From positions 126,363,741 to 126,427,740 of the forward strand of contig CM041465.1 in NCBI GenBank assembly GCA_023213395.1: a DNA stretch of 64,000 bases. The letters are read 5' to 3'. The stretch is from Cycas panzhihuaensis (lineage: Eukaryota > Plantae > Cycadophyta). The position numbers and the translations under genes were made by a program. Below are positions 27,552 to 37,730 of the stretch, in pieces. Position 1 is the stretch's first letter, and every line of letters begins with the position of its first letter. The notes beneath the pieces are model-generated. The model did no database searches, was not told the DNA's origin, and saw only the letters and a program-made list of their open reading frames with translations.

Positions 27552-27956
27552 GATCACCTCTCTAATCTAATGATTAAATCTAGGTTCGAAAAAAGTGATC
27601 TGCGTTGTTTGTAAAAGAATAAGGACCTTGACATATTATGTATCTTGATTTATTTTGTATATGCAAGAAAATAATTTATATCCTTTTGTCGTTTAGGAGA
27701 TTAGAGTCAAATAATTATTGTTCAACTAATTTCTAGGCGTGGCGTTGATGTACTCTAAAGGCAATTCATTATTTTGAATCAAATAAGAAAAATCATGACA
27801 AAAAACAATTAAATTTAAGAGACGAAATGTTTACCAGACGAATAAAGAGCGTAGAAGCCGTTTTCTTTCATTGCGTTTGGACGTCACTAATATTGACAAC
27901 ACAACGTAGACGACGCACTATCAGGAGCGAATGATTCCCAGGGATTACATCTACGT

Positions 27957-29128
27957 TCATTTTAGTTTGAAGAAGTGGTGGTTCAAAGCTTCGTTAGCGG
28001 AAAGACGCTCCCTTGGGTCAAACTTCAACAAACCACGAAGCAAATCAATGAGGGCTTCTGATGAGAGATCCCCATTTTGATTGACAAGATTCCGCAGGCG
28101 AGGCAATCTCTGGACTAGTCGAACTCTGTCTCTGGATGCAGCCCCCCGTGGCCAGTTGAGTTCCCTACCATTTCTAATGTACTCCCTTCCACAATCAGCA
28201 GCCCATTTTATCATATGTTGAGGAATTGGTCCCAATACCCGTTGCATCATTGCAAGGTGTTCCAAATCATCATCGGTCTGAAAAAGGGCATTTCCACAGA
28301 ATAATTCCGCCAAAACGCACCCAACACTCCACAAATCGATAGGATAACTCCATCCAACACCCATTACCACCTCAGGTGCTCGGTAACCTCTCGTGGTAAC
28401 TACCTTGCGATGGTATTGGTTCTGGAATGTGGCATTACCAAAATCTATGAGTTTAATTGCACTCGACGAGGGAATGCACTTATAACGATTCTTACGATCC
28501 GAAGAATTCTTGTCATATTCCGAGGAGACGAGAAGAATGTTATCAGGCTTTAGATCAGTATGTGAGAGAGTGAGCTCATGAATGAATGCAACAGCCTCCA
28601 ACAGCTGACGTGCGAATTCCCGAATCAGAACAACAGACAAGGGCCGGTGATTGTTTCTACGTAATAAATCGTATAAACTCGGTCCAAGCTTTTCACAAAC
28701 AATGCACACATGGGCACCAAAATGAAACCAAGTCTTCAATTTCAGGCAGCCTCGGGATCCATTGGTATCAAACTCTGCTATCCTGCGAAGAATGTCAATT
28801 TCAGTCATAGCTGCAACACCATATTGCCATTCACTGCGGATAACCTTGATGGCTACATGCTCTTGCTTTTCACCGTCCCAACAATCTAAAACTCTACCAA
28901 AAGTTCCTTCGCCCGGTTGCTAATAATCCTGTACCGAGATGTTATGTTTTCTCCAACCTCAAACACGTAGTGCCCATCTTTGTTATCCGGTCGCCATGGA
29001 TGGGACGCAACAGCATGTACATGGTTAGATCTCATCTCATCACGCTCCTTTTTCTTCCCGTGATTGGACCGTGACTCTTTAATACGACGACTTGTGGAAG
29101 GTTGTTTATAATAAACTGCGCTCTCCAT
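27957..29128 (-). CDS. Second, near-identical copy of the intronless LAMMER/CLK kinase; one 1-bp frameshift at ~28915
   Basis: Same motifs. This copy reads 'gcccggttgc' where copy 1 reads 'gcccagtttgc'. Restoring the base gives the same 390-aa ORF. Confidence 0.9.
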
Positions 29129-30399
29129 ACCAAAACCTCTTCCAAGAGATCAACCGAGCGATTATTTCAGCGTGTGTATCGAATTATTTTCGATCCTAGA
29201 TACTTTGCAGAAATTATTGAACCGCACAATAACAGTACACACAAGTTAAAGCGCCTCCACACACAATCGAATTGTGATGTCTTACCGTACAACTTCCTAC
29301 TTACTATATATGGATTCAGGTATGCGTGCGGCCGACTTATAGCTGAGGCGGCCCACAACACACAGAGACACCATAGGCATGTCCTTATTCAGCACGTCTC
29401 TCTGCTCAGAACTCCTCCCCGTCCTCTTCCCTTAGGGAAGGATAGCATGGAGTAATTTTATTGGACGGCTATGCCCTTGCCAATACCTCTCGTCATCCCA
29501 AAAACTAGAACACTTTACAAAGAATCGCATCAAGGACACGACTAAGGAAACCGTCATAGCGCATGTGAAACCGAGTCAACTCATTATCTTCTAAAGACGC
29601 TTCATACCATTAATGCTCTCATTTACTTAGAATAACGGTTCATACTCCACCTTGCTCTGGAACCTTATCTTAAATCCTACCACCGTGTCTTCATTTCACA
29701 ATTGTTGAAGGCACTTATTTCTAAAGGACATCCGATGTTGCCACTAGAATGTATCTATGATGATGGAAATGTAAGATAGAAGCCACAGCCAATAACGTGG
29801 TATCAAATGATAGCTTGCATACTCAAAATTAAGGCTCTCTTAAACATTATTAATGGAAATTAGAAAAGACTTGAAAAGTGCGTTAACGACAAGAACTCAA
29901 GCACAAACAAACCATAATAAATACGAATAATGGAAAATAGAAAGAACTCAATCTATGGTTATTTGGAAATGCCATTTATGGATACAACGTTTGAGATGGG
30001 TTATGCTAGAAGGATTACAGTGGGGTTTATCAGAGATGATGGAAACATGATATGAACCGTCATGAACAACCTCAATTACTGCAAAAGTACCGTGCCAACA
30101 AGAATGAAATTTATCGATGCAAATTCATCATTAACTTTGTCAAAAAGAAAAATGAGTCCAATGGGGTAAAATAAAGAAAGAAAAACAGTTTGATCATATT
30201 TTAAATTAGGTTGCATTTTGATATCTTCTAGATTGTTTAAGTCACGCAGGCTATCTTCACCAACCTTTTCTAGCTTAATGAGCCAAGTCTCAAATGCTAT
30301 GCAATTCAAAAGTTGGTTGCAAATATCTGAATAAAGGGAATGAATTTTACTTTTAATGGGAATTATAGATTCTAGACCATAAACTAGAGAAGATGTGAC

Positions 30400-32962
30400 T
30401 GTTTCCCAGCTATTGGGAATGGACTCGAGACGCATCGACACAGGTGGGTGCAGGTATATGCTTTTACTTTGCTTGCTTACGATTGCTGAAGTAATCTAGG
30501 ATGGTTTGATTGACATGTGCCTGCCTACATGCATTTGTTTGATTGCCTGTTCATAATGCATGTGCCTAACGGCACCTCTTAGCCTATGACGACTCACAGC
30601 GGGGGCATTCATTAGCGAATGCGACACCCCGTATGGCGTACGACCACTCATGATGTCTCCATGGTCTTTTGGGATGCTTTTGCCAGCCTGTTTATTCGTG
30701 CTACCACATGCCACTTATGTTGCAAACCCTTCCTAAGCCCGGTTTGACCCTTAGTTAGGACTCTTTGCACCGTTTGAGTACTTGCCTATGGCCTAAACCT
30801 GCTTTTAATTAATGCATTTCAATTTTAACTTATGATTTTACCCTAAAAACTGGATTTCCTATATTATTTTTCTGTTTTTCTGAGTTTCGGGTCCGCATCA
30901 TGATAAACTAAGCGATCTGGAGTTTCCAGTGATCGCTGAAGTTTGTGATTTGATCGCTTAAAATTCGAAAAAGAGAAGCCGCTGACAATGGCGTTTCTTG
31001 TGGCTGCTGCGTGGCTCCCAACCGTTGGAGGCGCCCGAGGGCCCCCAACGTTTACTTGCTTTGCTCAAGGCATAAAAGCCCTTTTCTTACTCATTTGTGA
31101 TAATTCTCTACTTCATTTTTTGGACTCTCTACTTCACTCTCTCAAGTTTTCTAGAGCATTTCTTCATAAAAGAAAAAGACCAAGAAGCATTGACAAGAGG
31201 CATCCTTCCACAACTGCGGGACAGAGGTACCAAGGGCTGCTATAGCTGGAGTTGCAGGGCCGTTGCCGCCTCCTACGGAGCTCCAATACAAGCACTCTTC
31301 CTCCTCATACACACCCAAGGTTTTCAAGGGGATTTCTCATCAAAAACAAAAAACACTACAAAGAGCCATTCCCAGGCTCTCAACTTGCATGAGGCTTTAC
31401 CACCCTATTCTCTTGCAAGGGACATGCAACACCACCTCATAGGCATCGTTTGGACCGCTGCTCCAAGTTGCCAAGTGCCTACATGCACTCATTCTTCACC
31501 GTTCGAGGTATTTAGTGTCTCTTGTTGAGTGGTTTTTTTTGCTTGTTTTTTATTGTTTATTTGCAAATCTTTTCCTACCTTTGCACATGCATTTCCTTGA
31601 GTTTCCTTCGGTCATTTGATGCACAGAACCGTAGCAATTGTGGCCTATTGGAGTGTTGCCCTAGACTAGGCCCAGTTTCTCACTTTTCCCTAAACTCATC
31701 CTTTTCCTCCAACCCCTCTCTTTCACCATTTCCTAGGCTAGCCGGCATAAAGGGTTACACGAGGATTCGAGGGAGGTAGGCGGGGTTCCGTCCCCCATTG
31801 CCGTCCTACTCCCCAAGGGTTCCGTCCCTTATCCTCTCCCCCTTTATCTCCCACACTCGCTTAGGAAACGGGGCTAGAGAAGCTTTGCAGAGTCAGTTTG
31901 AGTACCCGTCTTGGCATAGGCTACCCGTTGCTACACGAACCGTTCTGTTACATGCTAGCACCGCTTCCCTATACCTTGTGGAGACCTCTCGTGGGTGAGT
32001 TAGCCATCCCGAGGCTACACTCAGTCCCATTTGGTGCATTCGTGGTGTATGACAGTTGCATAGTTGTCGTGTGACTTCGTTTCTTTTTCGTTGCATGCTA
32101 GTGCTGAACTATATTTCCCTAGCTTAGTCAGTTTCATTTACGGCATATACATATATATATATTTCCGTGTTTCGTAGCCTCTCTCCCGAGAGGAGGGTAT
32201 TCTGTTTGATTGTTCGCAGGAGCGCTCGGGAGGAAGGGGCGCAGGAGATCGACCCGTTGCCGGTCGACGCTTGCATGGTACGCTTCCCTTCGTTTATGCT
32301 GTTTTGAGTTTTACTGCATTATTTCAGTTTAGCTAGTCCTTGCTTGCTTTTGGGGAGGTAAGTGGACCCCTTTTATTGCCTTCGACCGACGTCATATACG
32401 AGGAGGACGGCGGGAGGAAGCGCAACCGTGGAGGGAAACCTGCGTCTCTGCCCAAACGCCGGATCCAGGTATTTCCCGCGTATCTTTCATACTCTCTTTT
32501 GTGCTCTTACGTTTCTTGCATTTATTTTAATAGTTAAAGGAACATAAAAGAAAAAGAAAGAATCATTTACTTTACGCTTGCTTTTCCTGTACATTTGCTT
32601 TACTTGCACCTTTTTTATTATACGCCGCATACCATAGTGCTCGGAGACCCTTTGATCGGTCCCCCTTGGCCATCTTTACCCTGTACCTGTGACACGTTTG
32701 GTTGATTGCCCCCCTCGTCGCCTTCTCATTGCCTTGATAAGCTGCGACGTGCGAGGTTCCTTTTCCCTTCCCGGCCATCCGAAGGGTAGGAAGGCCTCGC
32801 CTTGCACGCCACTGGGAGCAACCAGCACCTCGATCCGTGCACTCCGCTCCGGCCAAGACGGACGTCCTGCGAGGTATGATCCTCGCTTTCTAGCTTGCTT
32901 AGCATATTATTTTATGCCCTTCCCGCTAGACGTTGGGTCATTGCCCCGTGGAGAGCGTTTCA
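30400..32962 (+). repeat. 5' LTR of the Gypsy element (2563 bp)
   Basis: TGTTTCCCAG...GAGCGTTTCA; direct repeat of 41481-43984. Confidence 0.95.
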
Positions 32963-32963
32963 C

Positions 32964-32981
32964 TGGCGACCATACTGGGGA
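32964..32981 (+). promoter_or_regulatory. Primer-binding site, tRNA-Arg-like
   Basis: TGGCGACCATACTGGGGA lies 1 bp after the LTR and resembles the Tat/Ogre PBS TGGCGACTCCACTGGGGA. Confidence 0.7.
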
Positions 32982-33143
32982 CTGCCAGTAAGGGAGCTAA
33001 ATCTGCTTCCCCTTCTTGTTGGTGTTCTTGCCTCTAGGTAGGTTCGCATTTCGTGTTTTCGGTTGGGCAACCCCCAACGCATTTGCATTACTTTTTCTTC
33101 TTTCCCTGCTCGCTTCTTCTAACGCCGCTCGTAAGGGCGTTGC

Positions 33144-35528
33144 ATGCGACGTTTCTCGCGTCGCCTGCGAGGCTTGCCGCCGTTGTCGGAAGACCGAGCT
33201 TCTCGCCCCTCTCCATCGTCGAATCCCGATTCGACCATGGAAGGTTATCCTTCTGATTGGGCATATCGTCCCATGGCTTCAGGAACTCAGGAGTTCCCCT
33301 CATCCGTTCCGGAATCCACCCATGAGGGCGATGATTCCATTTACTACCTGGATGACCATTTCCACCCGGATGACTTTCGGCCTTCCGCTCAAGCAGCGGA
33401 TGATTCGGACCCTCACGAGACTCACCACCCTGCTGGTGAGCCTTACGAGGGGCGCCCCGAAGGATCCCCTACTTTCGAAGTCCCTTCGACCTCGTACGGC
33501 TATGAGGATACCCCTCCCGCTGATGCGATCGAGGCGTTTAGCGAGTGCTTTCGCGCAGCTCGCCGCCAGCCGCCTCCTAGATGGTTCGCGGAGATGCTAC
33601 GCAACGTAGCATCTTCTTCGTCCATGCCCGCATCATCTACGACAATTGACGCCCCTACCCGCGCGTACACTTCCTATGCCGTGTCCACCCCGGCTCCGAA
33701 GGCAAGTGTTACGCCTCCTGTTTCCTGTTGTGGCCCTACTTCCTCGGGGCCCATTCGTGGTGTGTCTTTTCCTCAACTTGGGGTTAGCATGCCATGCCTT
33801 AGTCAAACGCACGCGCCACCTTCGAACGTGACGCATGCGTTCCCTAGTAGGCCTCGTGGTCCTTCTAGTGCTGCCACCGCTAGCCATGTAGGACCCACTC
33901 CTACATATGGCCAGAACCCGACTGGTGGTCCTTCTCTTTACGTACCCCCAGGCTACACCGCTCAACCTTGGGGGCAGGGCAAGGGGAGCCATCTCCCTGT
34001 TTATGGGGTGGATCCGTTGCACCCATATGGGGTTGCGCCACCTACGGGTGGCCCATATGGGCAAAACCCGGTCTCTCATCCTCTGTTTCCGTCGTCCAGC
34101 AGAGCTCCCATCGCCGCGTCATCGCAAGGGAGCGTGCCCCTTTTCCAAAGCTTTTACCCGCAGCCCCCTTTCCAACAAGGGGCCTTTTCCCAAGGAGGGA
34201 TGGGTTTGCCACCCCCATCCATTCCTTTACCGGTTGTCGACCCGTTAGCCCAAGCAAGGACACGTCCTTTCGTGGACTATAGGTCGACGCCATTGTCTAT
34301 AGAGGCGCTAAGGACTAACCTGCCGCCTCACCCTCCTGAAGTTCCCAAATTCGACGGGACTTCGTCGCAAGACCCAACCGAGCATGTGCGCAGCTTCTCT
34401 ATGGCGTGCATCGATTATTGGGCTTACGACCATATACTCATGAAGCTCTTCCCGCGGTCCTTGCAGGGCGATGCCCTCAAGTGGTTTTACCGCCTTCCTG
34501 CCCATTCGATCTCCTCATTCCAGCAGCTAGTGGACGAGTTCGTCAACTATTTTGACGTGGCTCGCCCATTCGAGAGCGGAATGAAGGTGCTTCTGTCGCT
34601 CAAACAAGGTCACGATGAGATGAATCGTGATTTTGTGCGACGTTTTCACGATCTCCTTCACTCCACCAAGGCTACGTTGCCTGAGGAGTTGAAGAGAGAC
34701 CTTTTTGTCAATGCACTTCGCCCCGAAGTGCATGTGGAAGTCCTCAAGATGGGGGCGACCACGTGTGACTCCGCCATCTCGAGGTGTTTAGCTTTGGAGG
34801 CCATTGAGATCCAAGCAGGACTCAAGAAACCTCCCAAGCCCTCGCAACGTCGCGAGGCGCCTCCTCCGGTGAAGGAGACCACACCTTCGCAACCTGCTAG
34901 GTCCACCTCTCATCCGACTGAGAGGACCCTAGATCCCCTTACTTCTGCTATTCGCTCATTCGAGCGCGCGATGAAGGAGTTAAAACTCCAACCTCCTTCA
35001 TCGCCAACCTCCCATAAACCTGTCCAGCAGACTTCTCGTGCGATGCCCCCCAAAGGGGGCAACACCCAACCTTCTCAAGCAAGGAGGATTGACCCTCCCC
35101 TTGAGAAGAGGTGGTGTTCTATCCACGGGGAGTGCTTCCATGACGATTCGCGTTGCCGGGCACAGCACCCATACAATGCCCCGCCGCGCGACTCGTCCCC
35201 TAGGCGGACATCGAGGCCTAACCTCGATCAGCCCATTCATAGAGACTCGTTCCCCAAACATGGGGAACGTGGTCGCGATGTCCAGCGAAGGAACAGCTGG
35301 AATCGGGATAGGTCTCCCGATTCCCGCCCTTCGCATGGTAGAGGGAAGGGTGTGCGAAGGTCGCCTTCCCCTTCGCGCTCCCCTAACCGCCGTGCTCCTT
35401 CGCCTTCGCAGTCCCGCTACAAGGGAAAGAAGGTTGTCCAATTGCTTGAGACCACCCCGTTATATGCCTTAACCCGGTCCCAAGCTGCTAAAGAGCGATG
35501 GTGCCTCTTCATCCACATCTCACCTTGA
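33144..35528 (+). CDS. gag: Gag of the Gypsy element (Pro-rich N-terminus, Retrotrans_gag core, CxxH..H..C knuckle, RS-rich tail); probably continuous with protease before indels
   Basis: Motifs PKFDG..DPTEHV, LFPRSLQGDALKWF, LKQG..E..RDFVRRF and WCSIHGECFHDDSRC. Confidence 0.85.
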   Translation: MRRFSRRLRGLPPLSEDRASRPSPSSNPDSTMEGYPSDWAYRPMASGTQEFPSSVPESTHEGDDSIYYLDDHFHPDDFRPSAQAADDSDPHETHHPAGEPYEGRPEGSPTFEVPSTSYGYEDTPPADAIEAFSECFRAARRQPPPRWFAEMLRNVASSSSMPASSTTIDAPTRAYTSYAVSTPAPKASVTPPVSCCGPTSSGPIRGVSFPQLGVSMPCLSQTHAPPSNVTHAFPSRPRGPSSAATASHVGPTPTYGQNPTGGPSLYVPPGYTAQPWGQGKGSHLPVYGVDPLHPYGVAPPTGGPYGQNPVSHPLFPSSSRAPIAASSQGSVPLFQSFYPQPPFQQGAFSQGGMGLPPPSIPLPVVDPLAQARTRPFVDYRSTPLSIEALRTNLPPHPPEVPKFDGTSSQDPTEHVRSFSMACIDYWAYDHILMKLFPRSLQGDALKWFYRLPAHSISSFQQLVDEFVNYFDVARPFESGMKVLLSLKQGHDEMNRDFVRRFHDLLHSTKATLPEELKRDLFVNALRPEVHVEVLKMGATTCDSAISRCLALEAIEIQAGLKKPPKPSQRREAPPPVKETTPSQPARSTSHPTERTLDPLTSAIRSFERAMKELKLQPPSSPTSHKPVQQTSRAMPPKGGNTQPSQARRIDPPLEKRWCSIHGECFHDDSRCRAQHPYNAPPRDSSPRRTSRPNLDQPIHRDSFPKHGERGRDVQRRNSWNRDRSPDSRPSHGRGKGVRRSPSPSRSPNRRAPSPSQSRYKGKKVVQLLETTPLYALTRSQAAKERWCLFIHISP

Positions 35529-35849
35529 TCCTCCTCCGGAAGCTATTCCTCTGGAGATTCCTGCGCTTCCCAAGACTATTCCCGTCCGCCCCGGTAGATT
35601 CGACTTTAGAATGGCGCTTACCCAACCCACAGGGAAGGGTAAGCCCTTTTCTATCGTTGACGAGCTCTACACCGTCGCCGCGGGAATGTCCTTGATGGAC
35701 GTCTTCGCCCCGAGCAACGTGCTCTTCTTCTTGAAGCTCTTGGCCAACAAGATGCTTCCATCCAGGCGATAGGTGCTACCTCTCATGGACCACCTATAAT
35801 TTCATTTGATCCCAGAGATCTCCTATCTCCCAGCAAGCGGGAGAAGCTT

Positions 35850-36374
35850 TTGCATTACCCATTCATCATTACCATTGACACTCCTAATTGTATCATAAAG
35901 AGGACCGTTGTAGATAATGGCTCCTCGGTTAATGCTATGCCTGTGCGTATGCTCAAGGAGCTAGGCATAGTAGCTCTTGAGTCTGTCCCTTGCAAATGCC
36001 AAGGGTATGATGGGACTGCGAAGTCCCCTCTACGGGCAGTCTCCCTTTCCCTCACCTTAGGAGGGAAAACTGTTTCTGTCGAAGTTGCTGTACTCGATGT
36101 CGATGTGGAGTACAACCTCTTGTTGGGCCGACCATGGCTCGACCAGATGGGAGCAGTCTGCTCCACGCAATGGGGGCAACTTAAATTTGTCCATGAAGGA
36201 CGAGTTAAAGTTGTCGCCCGTGAGCCAATGCCGTCTCACACCTCTCATCCACCGCCAGTTGTTTCGATGATGAAGATAGTGATCCTGAGGAGGCTACCCC
36301 TTCTGCGGGACCTTTGTTTCAGGAGACCGACCTTCATCAGTCGGACCCTATGCCGTGCCATGAGCCAAACCTAA
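35850..36374 (+). CDS. Retropepsin-type aspartic protease fragment
   Basis: Catalytic motif VVDNGSSVN and YNLLLGRPWL. Confidence 0.85.
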   Translation: MHYPFIITIDTPNCIIKRTVVDNGSSVNAMPVRMLKELGIVALESVPCKCQGYDGTAKSPLRAVSLSLTLGGKTVSVEVAVLDVDVEYNLLLGRPWLDQMGAVCSTQWGQLKFVHEGRVKVVAREPMPSHTSHPPPVVSMMKIVILRRLPLLRDLCFRRPTFISRTLCRAMSQT

Positions 36375-36876
36375 TTATGTTTGCCCCTATCGGCGTAGGT
36401 GGTTACGGTTGCTTGCCCATCACAGGTGATTCTGATTCGGATAGCGAGGGTTATGGGCCCTCTCCTCGACGCGTCACCCTGGTTTCGCAAGCACCTAGGG
36501 GAATATCTCGATCGGATATTCCCGCTCTTCCTCATTCTACATTGGCTTTCCGAGTCACCGGTCTTAAACCAGCCATTTATTTTACCTTCTCGGCCTCCTC
36601 GAGCGGTTTCATGTAAGCGCCCACGTCGACGAGCCACTCGTAGAGGCACTTCTTCTTCACGCTCTAGATCCTTACCTCGGACTAAAGCCACTCTTACTCG
36701 TATGCAACCCTGCCACGAGATCCGTCGTGTGCCAGGTCCGTTGCGCTCATCTAGTTCTATCCATAGTAAGTTTACTAGTATGCTTAGCGATACTGGACCT
36801 ACTCTTCGTCACCTATCTCCTACCCTGCGTGTGACTACCCCTACCTTTATGGGGTCTAGGCATACCTCTTCCTCTC

Positions 36877-37046
36877 TTCTTGCTCCGAAACGAGCCTAAA
36901 CTACCATTTTAAATTATTTCCATTCCTCCCAACCATGGGTTGAATGGCAGTTTAAGATGGATTCTTGCTCCGAAACGAGCTTAAACTACCATTTTAAATT
37001 GTCTCCATTCTTCCCAATCCTGAGTAGAATGGCAATTTAAGATGGG
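36877..37046. repeat. Two tandem 85-bp repeats, each able to form stem-loops
   Basis: 'ttcttgctccgaaacgagc' occurs at 36877 and 36962. CCATTTTAAATT..CCATTC can pair with GAATGGCA(G/A)TTTAAGATGG. Confidence 0.8.
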
Positions 37047-37730
37047 TTTTCAGTTTTCTTAGGTTCCTCATGGAACCCGCGTTCCCGTACTCTTGGGAAC
37101 CTTTGTCTTCCTACTTTGGGCATTCCTCAACCTAGGACGACGCTGCGGAGTATCGTTACTCCCCTCTTCATGCTTGTCGTTTCCCTCGCATATTCCGCTA
37201 TGCTCCCCTGTGGACGTGCATGCCGCCCTATCTTCTAACCTCATGCCTCTCGATCACCTCTGCTCACGGTGGATACGTGTGCTCCTGTTAGACGTATGGC
37301 CATGCACAGAAGGAAACGCCTGGATATTTACAAAATTTTACAACAAAACATATACATTTACACATTCACATATTTACATATTAACATTTACAACATAAAA
37401 TTATTCATTTACAAAATAAGCCATACATACTATCTCTCTCATACATGGTATGCACCAGCTCATGTCAAAATGGGGCTCCAATTGCCCCGTATGTGTATAT
37501 ATCAAAAATGTCATAGTACATCGTGTATGTGGGAAGCCGGGATCCTTGCAGGGGGAGTACAATCATGTGAGTCTACATATGACCCCCTGGAGGCCCGTGC
37601 TTTCCCGCCAAAATCATACATATGTGCGTCCTCGGGTCTACTACTGTTGTCCGGACCCGGGGGTCCCATCTCCTGGCCTGTGTGATCCCTCTCCTGGGGA
37701 CTACATCCCTGCGAGGCTCCTCCACAGGCC

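Noticed and set aside
30988-32991. Multiple short ORFs in the Gypsy LTRs
   Set aside because: Frames differ between the two LTRs and no domains are present.
33016-35472. Overlapping ORFs in other frames of gag
   Set aside because: Shadow ORFs of GC-rich coding sequence.
36399-36899. 166-aa ORF after the protease as a possible RT start
   Set aside because: Ser/Arg/Pro-rich with no RT motifs.
36877-37046. Hammerhead ribozyme (CGAAAC motif) or CRISPR-like repeat
   Set aside because: No CUGANGA core, only two copies and no unique spacers.
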